DNA of 64,000 nt. Source: Calditrichia bacterium (GTDB lineage: Bacteria; Calditrichota; Calditrichia; RBG-13-44-9; J075). Below are positions 27,817 to 37,807 of this stretch, in pieces. The DNA is taken from NCBI GenBank assembly GCA_050633245.1, contig JBOEGD010000011.1:256001-320000 (forward strand). Reading direction: 5' to 3'. The translations under genes and the position numbers were made by a program. A model generated the notes under the pieces. That model had not been told where the DNA came from and did not search any database. It saw only the letters and a list, made by a program, of their open reading frames with translations. The number at the start of each line of letters is the position of its first letter. The first letter of the stretch is position 1.

Positions 27817-29328
27817 ATGATCGATACAAATATAAAAACGCTTGGCCAATTGAAAGCCAGTGGCTATCAATCAAGGCCCATCAAGCAGGAACTGCGAGAC
27901 AATTTAATCACCAGGATGAGATCCGGTGAGCAGCTCTTTAGCGGTATCCTTGGCTATGAAAAAACGGTTATTCCCGATGTGCAGCGTGCATTGTTGTCTC
28001 GGCATAACATGATATTGCTAGGTTTGCGAGGACAGGCCAAAACGCGTATTGCGCGCCTGATGACGCAGCTGCTGGATGAATATGTGCCGTTTATTGCGGG
28101 TTCGGATTTGTTGGATGACCCGTTGGCGCCACTGTCTCGCTTCGCAAAGGATCTGATTGCTGAAAAAGGAGATGATACGCCAATCGCCTGGCTTCATCGC
28201 GACGAACGTTATTCCGAGAAGCTTGCTACGCCGGATGTTTCGGTTGCCGATCTAATTGGAGATAGTGATCCGATTAAGGCTGCGAATCTCAGATTGCCTT
28301 ATTCCGATGAACGTGTAATTCATTTTGGACTGATTCCGCGATCGAATCGCTGCATTTTCGTAATAAACGAACTACCGGATCTTCAGGCACGTATTCAGGT
28401 TGCGCTGTTTAACATTCTACAGGAAGGCGACATTCAAATTCGTGGATTTAATCTGCGTATCCCGCTGGATATTCAATTTGTTTTTACCGCGAACCCGGAA
28501 GACTATACCAATCGCGGTTCCATTGTAACGCCGTTGAAAGATCGTATAGAAAGCCAGATATTGACGCACTACCCAAAAACTCTGGAGACCTCCAGACAGA
28601 TTACAAAGCAAGAATCGAATCTACTTGACGATCAAAAGGAACGAGTCATTATTAATGATGTTGCTCAGGACCTGATTGAGCAGATTGCGTTTGAGGCTCG
28701 TGATAGTGAGTATGTCGATTTTCGCAGTGGTGTTTCAGCCCGTCTGACAATTTCTGCATTTGAGAATCTTATCAGCTCTGCTGAGCGGCGCAGTTTGCTG
28801 ATGGGTGAAAAGACTACCAGCGTGCGCATCTCAGATTTTTGGGGTGTTATTCCGGCAATCACCGGAAAGATTGAACTGGTATACGAGGGAGAGCAGGAAG
28901 GACCTGCGCAGGTTGCGCAAATTCTTATCGGAAAAGCCATTCGCAGCATGTTCCCGCAGTATTTTCCCGATCCGGAAAAGTTCAAAAAAGAAACGGAGTC
29001 CAACCCGTATCAAAAAATCGTCGACTGGTTCGGCAGCGGCAAAACTATTGATCTGTTGAATGATATCTCGGAAGCAGACTATCGCAAAGCTCTGCTGTTT
29101 GTGCCGGGCCTTCCAGATCTGGTGAAGCGATATCATCCTGAATTGCCTGAATCGGCAAGCCTTTTTATGATGGAGTTTGCACTTCATGGTCTGGCTGAAT
29201 ACTCCTTCCTGACAAAGCATCGATTGGAAGATGGACTTCAGTTCCGCGACTTACTGGGAAGTATGTTCGACGGCGGTGATGAACAGTCTCCCGGCGATAC
29301 GCTCTCCGATACGGATTTCTACGGTTAG
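27817..29328 (+). CDS. Mg-chelatase-like/MoxR-related AAA+ ATPase
   Basis: GLRGQAKT Walker A variant, FVINELPDL, TANPEDYTNRG.I.TPLKDR. Confidence 0.88.
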   Translation: MIDTNIKTLGQLKASGYQSRPIKQELRDNLITRMRSGEQLFSGILGYEKTVIPDVQRALLSRHNMILLGLRGQAKTRIARLMTQLLDEYVPFIAGSDLLDDPLAPLSRFAKDLIAEKGDDTPIAWLHRDERYSEKLATPDVSVADLIGDSDPIKAANLRLPYSDERVIHFGLIPRSNRCIFVINELPDLQARIQVALFNILQEGDIQIRGFNLRIPLDIQFVFTANPEDYTNRGSIVTPLKDRIESQILTHYPKTLETSRQITKQESNLLDDQKERVIINDVAQDLIEQIAFEARDSEYVDFRSGVSARLTISAFENLISSAERRSLLMGEKTTSVRISDFWGVIPAITGKIELVYEGEQEGPAQVAQILIGKAIRSMFPQYFPDPEKFKKETESNPYQKIVDWFGSGKTIDLLNDISEADYRKALLFVPGLPDLVKRYHPELPESASLFMMEFALHGLAEYSFLTKHRLEDGLQFRDLLGSMFDGGDEQSPGDTLSDTDFYG

Positions 29329-29335
29329 GCTGCAG

Positions 29336-30109
29336 ATGTCTGTAATCCCATTGATCGTCGAACATGAACCCAATGCGACCATTTTCAAACTAAATCGCCC
29401 CGAAGTACATAATGCGATTAACGATGAGTTGATGTCGGCCCTGGAGGATGCTCTGAATGCTCTGGATGCTGAGAAAAATGAAAAGCCGTTGATTCTTACT
29501 CATGCCGGCAGCAAAACCTTCTGTGCTGGCGGAGATTTAAGCTATTTTGCCAGGCTGCACACCGCGGAGGCATGCGAACGTATGTCTTTGCGCATGCAGA
29601 AAGTGTTGGATCGGTTGGAGAACAGCTCTCGCTGGGTTGTTGCTGCTCTTGATGGTCAGGCACTCGGCGGTGGTTGTGAGGTGATTTCGGCTTGTCACTA
29701 CCGAATCGCGGCGACTCACGCTAAGTTTTCGTTCCGTCAGGCGCCAAACGGAATTATTACCGGCTGGGGTGGAGGTCGTAGAATTTTGACGCTGTTAGGG
29801 CGTTCAAAAGCGCTTCGTCTTTTTCTTACCGGTGAAACGTTAAGTGCTGAGCAAGCTTTGAAGTTTGGTCTTGTCGATGAGATCTGTCCACCAGGTGAGG
29901 TGCTACAGCGTGCGCGCCAACTTTGTGAGCAGGTAAGGCTAAACGATGGGGCGGCAGTAAAGGGCTTTCTCGATCTTGCTGCAGCGTATCGACTGGCTCA
30001 CCAGACCGTTGCGGAGGTTGAAACAGATATTTTTGTTCGTCTTTGGACTGGCGAAACATTTCAGAAAATCGTTGAACGATTTAGAATAGGAAACAAATCG
30101 GCCACCTAA
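29336..30109 (+). CDS. Enoyl-CoA hydratase/isomerase family protein
   Basis: LNRPEVHNAI, FCAGGDL, ALGGGCE, GWGGG; start ATG 29336. Confidence 0.9.
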   Translation: MSVIPLIVEHEPNATIFKLNRPEVHNAINDELMSALEDALNALDAEKNEKPLILTHAGSKTFCAGGDLSYFARLHTAEACERMSLRMQKVLDRLENSSRWVVAALDGQALGGGCEVISACHYRIAATHAKFSFRQAPNGIITGWGGGRRILTLLGRSKALRLFLTGETLSAEQALKFGLVDEICPPGEVLQRARQLCEQVRLNDGAAVKGFLDLAAAYRLAHQTVAEVETDIFVRLWTGETFQKIVERFRIGNKSAT

Positions 30110-30223
30110 GTCGTTGAGAATTAAATCTATAAGTTGATATTCATTCGATTTCGTCATGAATAATTTCGTAGTATCAGCTAAATTAGCGGGATCGACCATT
30201 ATTCGCCGGAGCTTATACTGACT

Positions 30224-31594
30224 GTGAACCTACGCAAAAAACTTTTTCATATTCTTCAGTTTATTCCCGTACAGCGTAATTTTTGGGTGCTTGCCGGAAT
30301 TATGGGGCTGGCCATTTATTGGCTGAACCACTATTCGGGATTGCCCGGAGACAATGCACGCATTCGTTTATTGATAGGTATTGTTACTTTAGTGTTCTGC
30401 GGCTCTGTCTTGTTGTTTAGTATTGCGACTCTCTTTCCAAACTATGGCCTGTTTTGGCTTAAAAAGGGTATTCTTTCCAACGATGAATCGGAGTCGAAAC
30501 TTACCCGTATCCATTTTCCCTCTCAGAAAGTTCAGTCCGGTATGGTGCCGGTTACCGTTGAGGCAACGCGCGTTGCGCGGCCGCTTTTGGGCAATGTGTT
30601 GGCTCGAATTCTTTTTGAGGATATCGGCGTTGGTGAACCTTTACAGTTAGCCGAAAAATTTCGCGGTGCCGATGGCATAAAGGGGCGACGAGCAACCCGG
30701 AAAATGCGACTTCCTAATATTCGAGAATATCATATAAAAGGAGTTCTGCTGCATTTTGAAGACTTCTTTCGCTTATTCTCATTGCCATATTATGAAGCAG
30801 CCAATAGCCAGGTTATTACCGAACCGGCAACCCTGGAAAGTGCCAGTATCAGTATTTCCACAGAAAAAGCCGATGAAGCCATTTTAAAGGTTCACCAGCA
30901 TAAGAAGGCGCGCGGCGAGCTGTTTGACTATAAAAAATATGCTCCGGGTGATGACATTAGACGCATACTGTGGAAGAATTATGCGCGTACGCGTGAATTG
31001 ACAGTGCGAATTCCCGATCGGAATTTACCCTTCGTTTCGCACATCAATTTATTGGTTAGCTTTTATGACGGAAGTGGCTCGCAAGATATAGAGCTAAAAA
31101 ATTATCTGCTGGATATGTATAAGGAAAAGATTCGGCAAATTGCGGATTCAATTCTCGATCAGGAATTTACGGTGCAGCTTTTTACTGATCAGTCCTCAGG
31201 GCATCCGTTAACCGAATACAATGCTATATTGCGCGGTGTTAGTGCATCCTCCTGGCAAGCAGGCATTCCGCCACGTGAGTTTTTGCGATCGAATTCTCAT
31301 CGTTTACGAGGAGCCGCAAATATTCTCGTCCTGTCTTCTCTTTGTCCGGTCTCAGAGTATGATGAACTCGGCAGCGCACAGCGCGACTATAACCTTTGCT
31401 ACTTCGACATGGTGCGTCCATTGAATGAAAGAACCGGTCCTCCACTTTGGAAGAAGCTTTTTATGGTAGATATCTATGAGCCCTTTGAGCAGGCACGCCG
31501 AACGCTACAAGCCCGACGTGTGCAAAATTATATTGCGGAAAATGGCGATGAGATCGCCAAACGTCTAGAAAAAACGCGAGCGATTACCGTATGA
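30224..31594 (+). CDS. DUF58 family membrane protein
   Basis: GELFDYKKYAPGDDIRRILWKNYAR; two N-terminal TMs. Confidence 0.85.
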   Translation: MNLRKKLFHILQFIPVQRNFWVLAGIMGLAIYWLNHYSGLPGDNARIRLLIGIVTLVFCGSVLLFSIATLFPNYGLFWLKKGILSNDESESKLTRIHFPSQKVQSGMVPVTVEATRVARPLLGNVLARILFEDIGVGEPLQLAEKFRGADGIKGRRATRKMRLPNIREYHIKGVLLHFEDFFRLFSLPYYEAANSQVITEPATLESASISISTEKADEAILKVHQHKKARGELFDYKKYAPGDDIRRILWKNYARTRELTVRIPDRNLPFVSHINLLVSFYDGSGSQDIELKNYLLDMYKEKIRQIADSILDQEFTVQLFTDQSSGHPLTEYNAILRGVSASSWQAGIPPREFLRSNSHRLRGAANILVLSSLCPVSEYDELGSAQRDYNLCYFDMVRPLNERTGPPLWKKLFMVDIYEPFEQARRTLQARRVQNYIAENGDEIAKRLEKTRAITV

Positions 31595-34500
31595 AAAAAA
31601 TATATTTCAGTGAAGTGCTGATCAAGGGCATTTTTAAGATTGTTCCGACAGTGGCGATCATTTTTTATTTGTGGTCACTATCGACATTCTCAACCTCCGA
31701 GTTTCATACCAATCTCCAGATGAATCTTATTATGCTGGCAAGCGGTATGACGATTGCTTATTTCGTTTATAGCTACCGCCTGCGTTTTTCGCTTAGCTTT
31801 GCGCTGTTGGCGGGAATACTCTATGCGATATACCTTTCACTCGCTGATGGTAGTGGGGGAGAGTTCGATTCTTTTTATCAATCTGTTGCCTTCTCTGTTT
31901 ATGCCGTGGTATTTTTACTTGCCTGGATAGCGGGCTACGGCTTTGCGAGACACGATTACTTTCCGTGGATTATCTCGGTCGGCGTCTTCGTCTATGCAGC
32001 CGGATTGCTGGTGACGAACTTTATTAGCCTCGAAGCACTGGTAGATACCAGAGTAATTCGTCTGTTGGCCGGTCAACATCTTGCTGAAAGTCCTACGCTG
32101 TATCGCATATTTGCTTTTTTACTCAGCCTTTTCCTTCCGGTATTATTTTACTGTATTTATCTGATTTTCGTAAATGATGTGCTTCGCAAGGTATCCCTTA
32201 GCGATAAACAGACGGTTCTTACATTGTTGCGAAAGAGCGTTTCCGTAGCTGGTGTGCTGGCGATTATATTGCTGACGTTGATTATGGCAGTGCGCTATCT
32301 CGGTTTACCAAACTGGCTTTACGAAACGGTTAATCAGGCTCAGGTTAGCTCATCATCCTTTCTGAAAAAAACCTATAATGAGGGCACCAATCAACCTGAA
32401 TTCGATTTGAATGATTATGCACAGCTGCTCCCCGAAGTGGAGCTGTCGGACGAGACGGTTTTTTGTACCTATATAGACAACTTTCTGCCGACTGAAACGG
32501 GTGAAAACGTTCCGCTGCCGCTGCATTTTCGCCGATTTGTGTTAAATAGATTCGAGCCGGCAAGTGAAAAGTTTGTCCTTGATCCATATCCGCCATCCGC
32601 TATTCCAAACGATTTATTCTCGCCTTCGACGAAGGATGTGCCTATTGGTTTTTCAATTGAAGACCCAATAATCGAGAAAGAGACAAAAGCATACGATAAT
32701 CGCAAAAACGTCGCCTCAACTGTTTATGTGCAGGCGCTGAATCCCGATGCTTATCTGGCACCAAATACCGGTTATTCCTATCAGCGGCTGCCCGTTCCAC
32801 CGGAAGACAAAGAGACCTTTCATACCGTCTATCAATGTTCGTCTCTGGTGTCTATTTGGAATCTGCCTCCTTTTGTTTACAGCTCAACTCAGCCAGATCT
32901 GGTTGATTATCGTGAACTGCGCGCAAAAGAGCTGAGAAAGAACCGTGGATATGAGAAGATTGATTCCACGTTTATGCAATACTATACACAGTACGACACC
33001 ACGGATTCGTTGATACGAATGTTGTCTAATAATCTTACTGAAGGAATTAGCAATCCATACGAAAAGGTCGATGCGATCGTCAATTATATGACCGGCGATG
33101 AAGAAGATGGCGAACCGAGATTTACTTACACGTTAAAGCCCGGTTCACCCGAAGATGTGAATCAATCTTTGATGCACTATTTCCTTTTTGACAACAAACA
33201 GGGTTACTGCACTTATTTTGCCGGTGCGACAACACTGCTTCTGAGAGCTGCAGGAATCCCATGTCGCATGGTTGTAGGCTATGCTATATTCGACCGTAGT
33301 AATAAAAATACCGGGTGGTACTGGGTCTATGCCGATCAGGGACATGCCTGGCTGGAAGTCTATTTCCCCGAGCATGGCTGGATTGATTTCGATACAACAC
33401 CCAGCGATGATACCGAGCCGAACCGTCCGCCCAAGCCCGATGCAACACCACCGGAATATGCTCGCGAACCGTTTCTGGCACTACTTGGCCAGGTTACCGG
33501 CTATACGGCAGACTCAACGGCACTGCTGGTAAAGCCATACACCATGCGTTACAAAAGTAAAGCATACGAAATAACCGAAGATGAAACTGAAGTAGTTTCA
33601 ATTCGCCCTAATGGCGGTGTGGTTACTGTCGACGGTGAAAAGCGCAAGATTGGTGATTTCAAGATTGGCGCCAAAACGGTGGTTTCTGCTTATTCGTTCG
33701 ATTATGATCTGGAAAAGGTCAGAAGATATCGTGGCAGACAATCATTTATGAGCTTCTATAAAAAGTATTTCCCAAAAGAAGTATCCGTTGACGAAGCGAT
33801 TATTGTCTACGAGGATGAAACGGATAATACCGGACAGGTATTTGCCGTGAACGGCTTCTTACAAAGCGTTGATGTCGACTCTGGCTATCTTACGGTGCTG
33901 CCACAAACGATTACCTATCGCGAAAAGAGCTATCCAATTGAACCGCGAAAAGCACGGCCAATTGTGCTAAAACCGGAAGAAGCGGTTATTTATAGCGATA
34001 ATAAAAAGGTCGCGCTTAACCAGATTGTCATAAGCGACTCAATGCGTATTACTGCCGAGTCGAGTTCGTCCCAACTGCACGAAATAAAGCCATTTTTAGC
34101 AACTGAGCCGTTTCGCGTGTGGTTCCGGAATTCTTTCCCGGAGATCATCCCGATAGATAAGGCGAGTCTTGAACTTCCAGCCGTTCCTATCGCACAACGA
34201 ATTGGTTGGGGACTTCTATTCACTGCTCTTGCTGTGGTAGTTGGTCTGCTGCTCTTGGCAACGCTGCTCTATCTATATCTTACCGCTCGTAGTCGTGCTG
34301 CGAATGCCAGCCAGAAGCCCTATTGGGTTTATCAGTACGCCATGATGGTGTTGAATCAGCTAGGATTTACGCGATCTCGACAAACACCAATGGAATATGC
34401 TGAAACGGCTGTTGATCCCGCTTTAAGCACCGAGTTCAGACAGTTTATGAGCTTATATCAAAAGTCGAAATATGCCCCTCAGGGCCTTGCTCCGGCAGAG

Positions 34501-34629
34501 GAAGAATTTCTTGCCGAGTTCAAGGAGCAGTTTTCAGGCAAACTGTTTAAGGCTATTCCGAAGAAGAAAGTTCTGCTCGATTTTCTGGATTTCCGTCGAG
34601 CACTACGCTATTTGTTTGCAAGAAATTAG
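31591..34629 (+). CDS. Membrane transglutaminase-like protein (TgpA-like) with duplicated beta domain
   Basis: Multiple N-terminal TMs; GYCTYFA, GHAWLEVYF, WIDFDTTP Cys-His-Asp triad; C-terminal TM plus QTPMEYA (DUF4129-like). Confidence 0.88.
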   Translation: MKKIYFSEVLIKGIFKIVPTVAIIFYLWSLSTFSTSEFHTNLQMNLIMLASGMTIAYFVYSYRLRFSLSFALLAGILYAIYLSLADGSGGEFDSFYQSVAFSVYAVVFLLAWIAGYGFARHDYFPWIISVGVFVYAAGLLVTNFISLEALVDTRVIRLLAGQHLAESPTLYRIFAFLLSLFLPVLFYCIYLIFVNDVLRKVSLSDKQTVLTLLRKSVSVAGVLAIILLTLIMAVRYLGLPNWLYETVNQAQVSSSSFLKKTYNEGTNQPEFDLNDYAQLLPEVELSDETVFCTYIDNFLPTETGENVPLPLHFRRFVLNRFEPASEKFVLDPYPPSAIPNDLFSPSTKDVPIGFSIEDPIIEKETKAYDNRKNVASTVYVQALNPDAYLAPNTGYSYQRLPVPPEDKETFHTVYQCSSLVSIWNLPPFVYSSTQPDLVDYRELRAKELRKNRGYEKIDSTFMQYYTQYDTTDSLIRMLSNNLTEGISNPYEKVDAIVNYMTGDEEDGEPRFTYTLKPGSPEDVNQSLMHYFLFDNKQGYCTYFAGATTLLLRAAGIPCRMVVGYAIFDRSNKNTGWYWVYADQGHAWLEVYFPEHGWIDFDTTPSDDTEPNRPPKPDATPPEYAREPFLALLGQVTGYTADSTALLVKPYTMRYKSKAYEITEDETEVVSIRPNGGVVTVDGEKRKIGDFKIGAKTVVSAYSFDYDLEKVRRYRGRQSFMSFYKKYFPKEVSVDEAIIVYEDETDNTGQVFAVNGFLQSVDVDSGYLTVLPQTITYREKSYPIEPRKARPIVLKPEEAVIYSDNKKVALNQIVISDSMRITAESSSSQLHEIKPFLATEPFRVWFRNSFPEIIPIDKASLELPAVPIAQRIGWGLLFTALAVVVGLLLLATLLYLYLTARSRAANASQKPYWVYQYAMMVLNQLGFTRSRQTPMEYAETAVDPALSTEFRQFMSLYQKSKYAPQGLAPAEEEFLAEFKEQFSGKLFKAIPKKKVLLDFLDFRRALRYLFARN

Positions 34630-34671
34630 ATTACCATATATTGATTCTGATTAGCTAAGAAGGAACCTGTT

Positions 34672-35688
34672 ATGACTGAAGCTGAAAACACCGCGCCAGC
34701 AGAGCTGAGTAGCGAATTCACTGAGAAAATAAGTGCACTTTCCGCAAGTATCGGCAAAATTATTCGCGGAAAAGACAATGAAATAGCCAAAGTGATTACC
34801 TGTATGATCGCCGGCGGTCACATGCTGATGGAAGACCTGCCCGGCTTGGGAAAAACATCGATGGCCAAAGCCTTGGCTTATTCTATAGCCGGAGAGCATT
34901 CTGGTGATAAAGGCGACGATAAAAGCGTTGCTTTTAAGCGAATTCAGTTTACGCCAGATCTGCTGCCGATGGATTTGATCGGCACGTATATTTTTGATGA
35001 CAAGAATAAGGACTTCATTTTTAAGCAGGGTCCTATATTCGCAAATATCGTTTTGGCTGATGAAATAAATCGGGCCTCGCCGAAAGTTCAGTCTGCACTT
35101 CTCGAATGTATGGCTGAAAGTCAGGTCACGGTTGCAGAGCAAACGTATCCGTTGGATGATTTTTTCTTTGTTATCGGAACTCAGAATCCAATTGAATTCG
35201 AAGGCACCTATCCATTGCCGGCTGCTCAGCTTGACAGATTCTATATGAAGATCGATTTTGGCTATGCTTCGGAAGATAAGGAGCTGGAGATCTATCAAAA
35301 TTATCGCCAGATCAATAAAATTCGAGAAACACTCAGTCCGGTCGTGAGCTATAAAGATATTCTGTCGCTACGCGAACAGTCGGATATCGTTCATGTTCAT
35401 GATGAGATCATTCGCTCGGTAAATAACATTGTTCGTGCAACACGAGATGACGGCACTATTCGCCTCGGTGCCTCGACAAGAGGTGGCATTCTGTTTATTA
35501 AGTGCTTACGGGCTTTTGCTCTGGTGAAAGGACGAACGTACGTAATTGAGGATGATATTAAGGCGCTTGCAAAAGAAGTGTTGAACCATCGTATGCAATA
35601 CAAAAGTCCGGATGCAAAGGATACGGCTCTTGATGCTATCGTACATCGCGAACTTGAGCGACTTGCTGCACTGCGACTTTGGGACTAA
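34672..35688 (+). CDS. moxR: MoxR family AAA+ ATPase
   Basis: EDLPGLGKT, RIQFTPDLLP.D, LADEINRA.PK.QSALLE.M.E, TQNP.EFEGTYPLP.AQLDRF. Confidence 0.95.
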   Translation: MTEAENTAPAELSSEFTEKISALSASIGKIIRGKDNEIAKVITCMIAGGHMLMEDLPGLGKTSMAKALAYSIAGEHSGDKGDDKSVAFKRIQFTPDLLPMDLIGTYIFDDKNKDFIFKQGPIFANIVLADEINRASPKVQSALLECMAESQVTVAEQTYPLDDFFFVIGTQNPIEFEGTYPLPAAQLDRFYMKIDFGYASEDKELEIYQNYRQINKIRETLSPVVSYKDILSLREQSDIVHVHDEIIRSVNNIVRATRDDGTIRLGASTRGGILFIKCLRAFALVKGRTYVIEDDIKALAKEVLNHRMQYKSPDAKDTALDAIVHRELERLAALRLWD

Positions 35689-35701
35689 TTGGAGACTTTT
35701 T

Positions 35702-37723
35702 ATGCTGAAAACTCAGCTCAAAATAATTGCCCTGTTTGCAATAGTGCTTTTTTTGTTGCCCGATATGCTCCAGGCTCAGGGTAAAGCTGCTGCGCGTACG
35801 AAGATCGATTCCCTGCGATGGGGCTTCGATTACAAATCTGCGGAAGCCTATAAACGTGCTAACCAGGCAAAACAGCTCGATAGCACCTACTATGTCTCGC
35901 ACCTGATCGAAGGCCTGCACTACTACGACAAGGCCGAGGAGCATAGCGGATTACAGCGCGCTGTTGCGCCAATTCGCAAGGCTCTCAACTGCTTTGTTGC
36001 TGACTTTGGTCGCGTAATTCCCCGGCGGTTTTCGCAGGATCAAATTAGGCAAGGTGCCTGGAAAGATATTCTGAAGCAAATAGACTATTTGATGCTTGCC
36101 GGAACATTGGTCGAATGCTTTCAATCCCTCGAACAGCCCGACTCAACATATGCAGCCTTAATCGAGCTAAAAAGTCGCAATATGCCGTTCGATTTTAGGT
36201 CGCAGCAGGGGCTGGCCTGGCTGTATTTTCGTAGTCGGATTTATACCAGTGAAAAGTATCCTTTTTTGAAGGCTTCAATCGAAGACAATATCGCAACGGC
36301 ATTTCTGTACACGGACAGTCTTGAGGCGAAGTATAAAAAGAATCTCTGGTACCTGCGCAATCAGCTGCTAGGCACATTTCCCAGCGATAGTCCGTTTTAC
36401 GATTTTTTCAAAGGCGCTTATATTGATCAGCCCAAAAGTTATGTCTCTAATACGCGCGGTATTCTTTATGGCTATCAGCTCGATCAAAAGAAATCAGTTC
36501 GATTCTTCAAGCAAATGAAGGGCGAAGAGAATCTTGCGAAGATCGTTAACCTGGGCTATGCCTATCATTCCGATCTCGATCTAAGATCGTCTGAAGACTA
36601 TTTTGGCAATGTCCCGGATCTTGGAACGAAGGGACGCGGTGGACACTGGCAGGGATATTCTACAGTTTTCGTGTTCAAAAACAAACCTCTTGAGGGTGTT
36701 GCAAAGCTATTCGAAGAGCGTGGTGAAAGTGGATTTACAATCGGATACGGTTGGGACAATCTTTGTCTGGCGCGCATGCAAATCTACAGCGGCTTACTAG
36801 ACGAGGCAGAATTGTCTCTGAATAAGGCGGACAAATTTACCGAGGTGCACTTCAACACCTCTTTTCGAGAAGATCAGTATCGATTTATGCTGCGAACACT
36901 ACGGTTACTGCATCACGATTATAAGCTGAAGGCACATCGTTTTGAAGATCGCAACCGCTGGTTCTCGCTGGCGTGGTGGCGCGATGCTCCTCGCTTGGGT
37001 TATTTGAAATACAGTGGCGTGTATGAGTTGGCCAATGAGTTGGCTCTAAATCCGGAGCGGGAGAACGTCTATTATCATTTATTCCATTCTGAGTCAATTA
37101 TTAGTTTTGATGAGCTATGGACTATTATTCGTAACTACAACCATGGCTTTTTTCGTAAACTGTTTACTCGCGTCTCCCAGAATGACCCACGAGAGGGAAT
37201 CGATCGATATTATCAATATTTTCGCGGCCGTCTTTTGCAGGAAGAAGAGTTATATGAACGCGCATATAACAAGCTGACGGAAATTCTTTCCGATCCGAAG
37301 CTGGACAAAGAATATGAGCGCTTGTTAATTGGTCGCATCCAGGAAAATCTTTACAATATCGCTGCTGAAGAAGAGTGGGAGCCACAGCGGCTCTATCACT
37401 TGGTGCAACTTTATCAAGTTTATCCTCAGCTTATTCCTTTCTCCAACGTGATAATGGGATTCCGGATGACGCTTTCTGATGAACTACAAAACTCGAATGA
37501 TCCGCATCTTCTGCGAACTTTCGATCAGCTGAGAAGCTGTAATATCGATCTGGAAACGAATGCCGAAGAGTATCCTGAGCTAACACTGGAACTGGATGCA
37601 GAAGGACGATTGATGTTTCAGGTCGTTGTGTTGCAAGATCCTTTTGTACGCGGTAGTGTCGATATTAAAAATGAGGATGCCGGGAAGCGGCTTGCCTATC
37701 AGTTGTTTAAGATTCAACGCTAG
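35702..37723 (+). CDS. Secreted helical-repeat (TPR-like) hypothetical protein
   Basis: Signal peptide MLKTQLKIIALFAIVLFLLPDMLQA; SD GGAG; alpha-helical Tyr/Leu-rich body. Confidence 0.7.
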   Translation: MLKTQLKIIALFAIVLFLLPDMLQAQGKAAARTKIDSLRWGFDYKSAEAYKRANQAKQLDSTYYVSHLIEGLHYYDKAEEHSGLQRAVAPIRKALNCFVADFGRVIPRRFSQDQIRQGAWKDILKQIDYLMLAGTLVECFQSLEQPDSTYAALIELKSRNMPFDFRSQQGLAWLYFRSRIYTSEKYPFLKASIEDNIATAFLYTDSLEAKYKKNLWYLRNQLLGTFPSDSPFYDFFKGAYIDQPKSYVSNTRGILYGYQLDQKKSVRFFKQMKGEENLAKIVNLGYAYHSDLDLRSSEDYFGNVPDLGTKGRGGHWQGYSTVFVFKNKPLEGVAKLFEERGESGFTIGYGWDNLCLARMQIYSGLLDEAELSLNKADKFTEVHFNTSFREDQYRFMLRTLRLLHHDYKLKAHRFEDRNRWFSLAWWRDAPRLGYLKYSGVYELANELALNPERENVYYHLFHSESIISFDELWTIIRNYNHGFFRKLFTRVSQNDPREGIDRYYQYFRGRLLQEEELYERAYNKLTEILSDPKLDKEYERLLIGRIQENLYNIAAEEEWEPQRLYHLVQLYQVYPQLIPFSNVIMGFRMTLSDELQNSNDPHLLRTFDQLRSCNIDLETNAEEYPELTLELDAEGRLMFQVVVLQDPFVRGSVDIKNEDAGKRLAYQLFKIQR

Positions 37724-37807
37724 TTCTTCTTCTTTTTTTAATCCCGCTTGTTTTGAACATTCCGGAGTAGTATATCTTTTGTCAACCTATTCTGGAATGT
37801 ATCATCA

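Noticed and set aside
34651-35298. Long antisense ORFs (215 aa opposite moxR, 209 aa opposite mutS, and many shorter)
   Set aside because: Shadow frames of conserved genes with no motifs or independent expression signals
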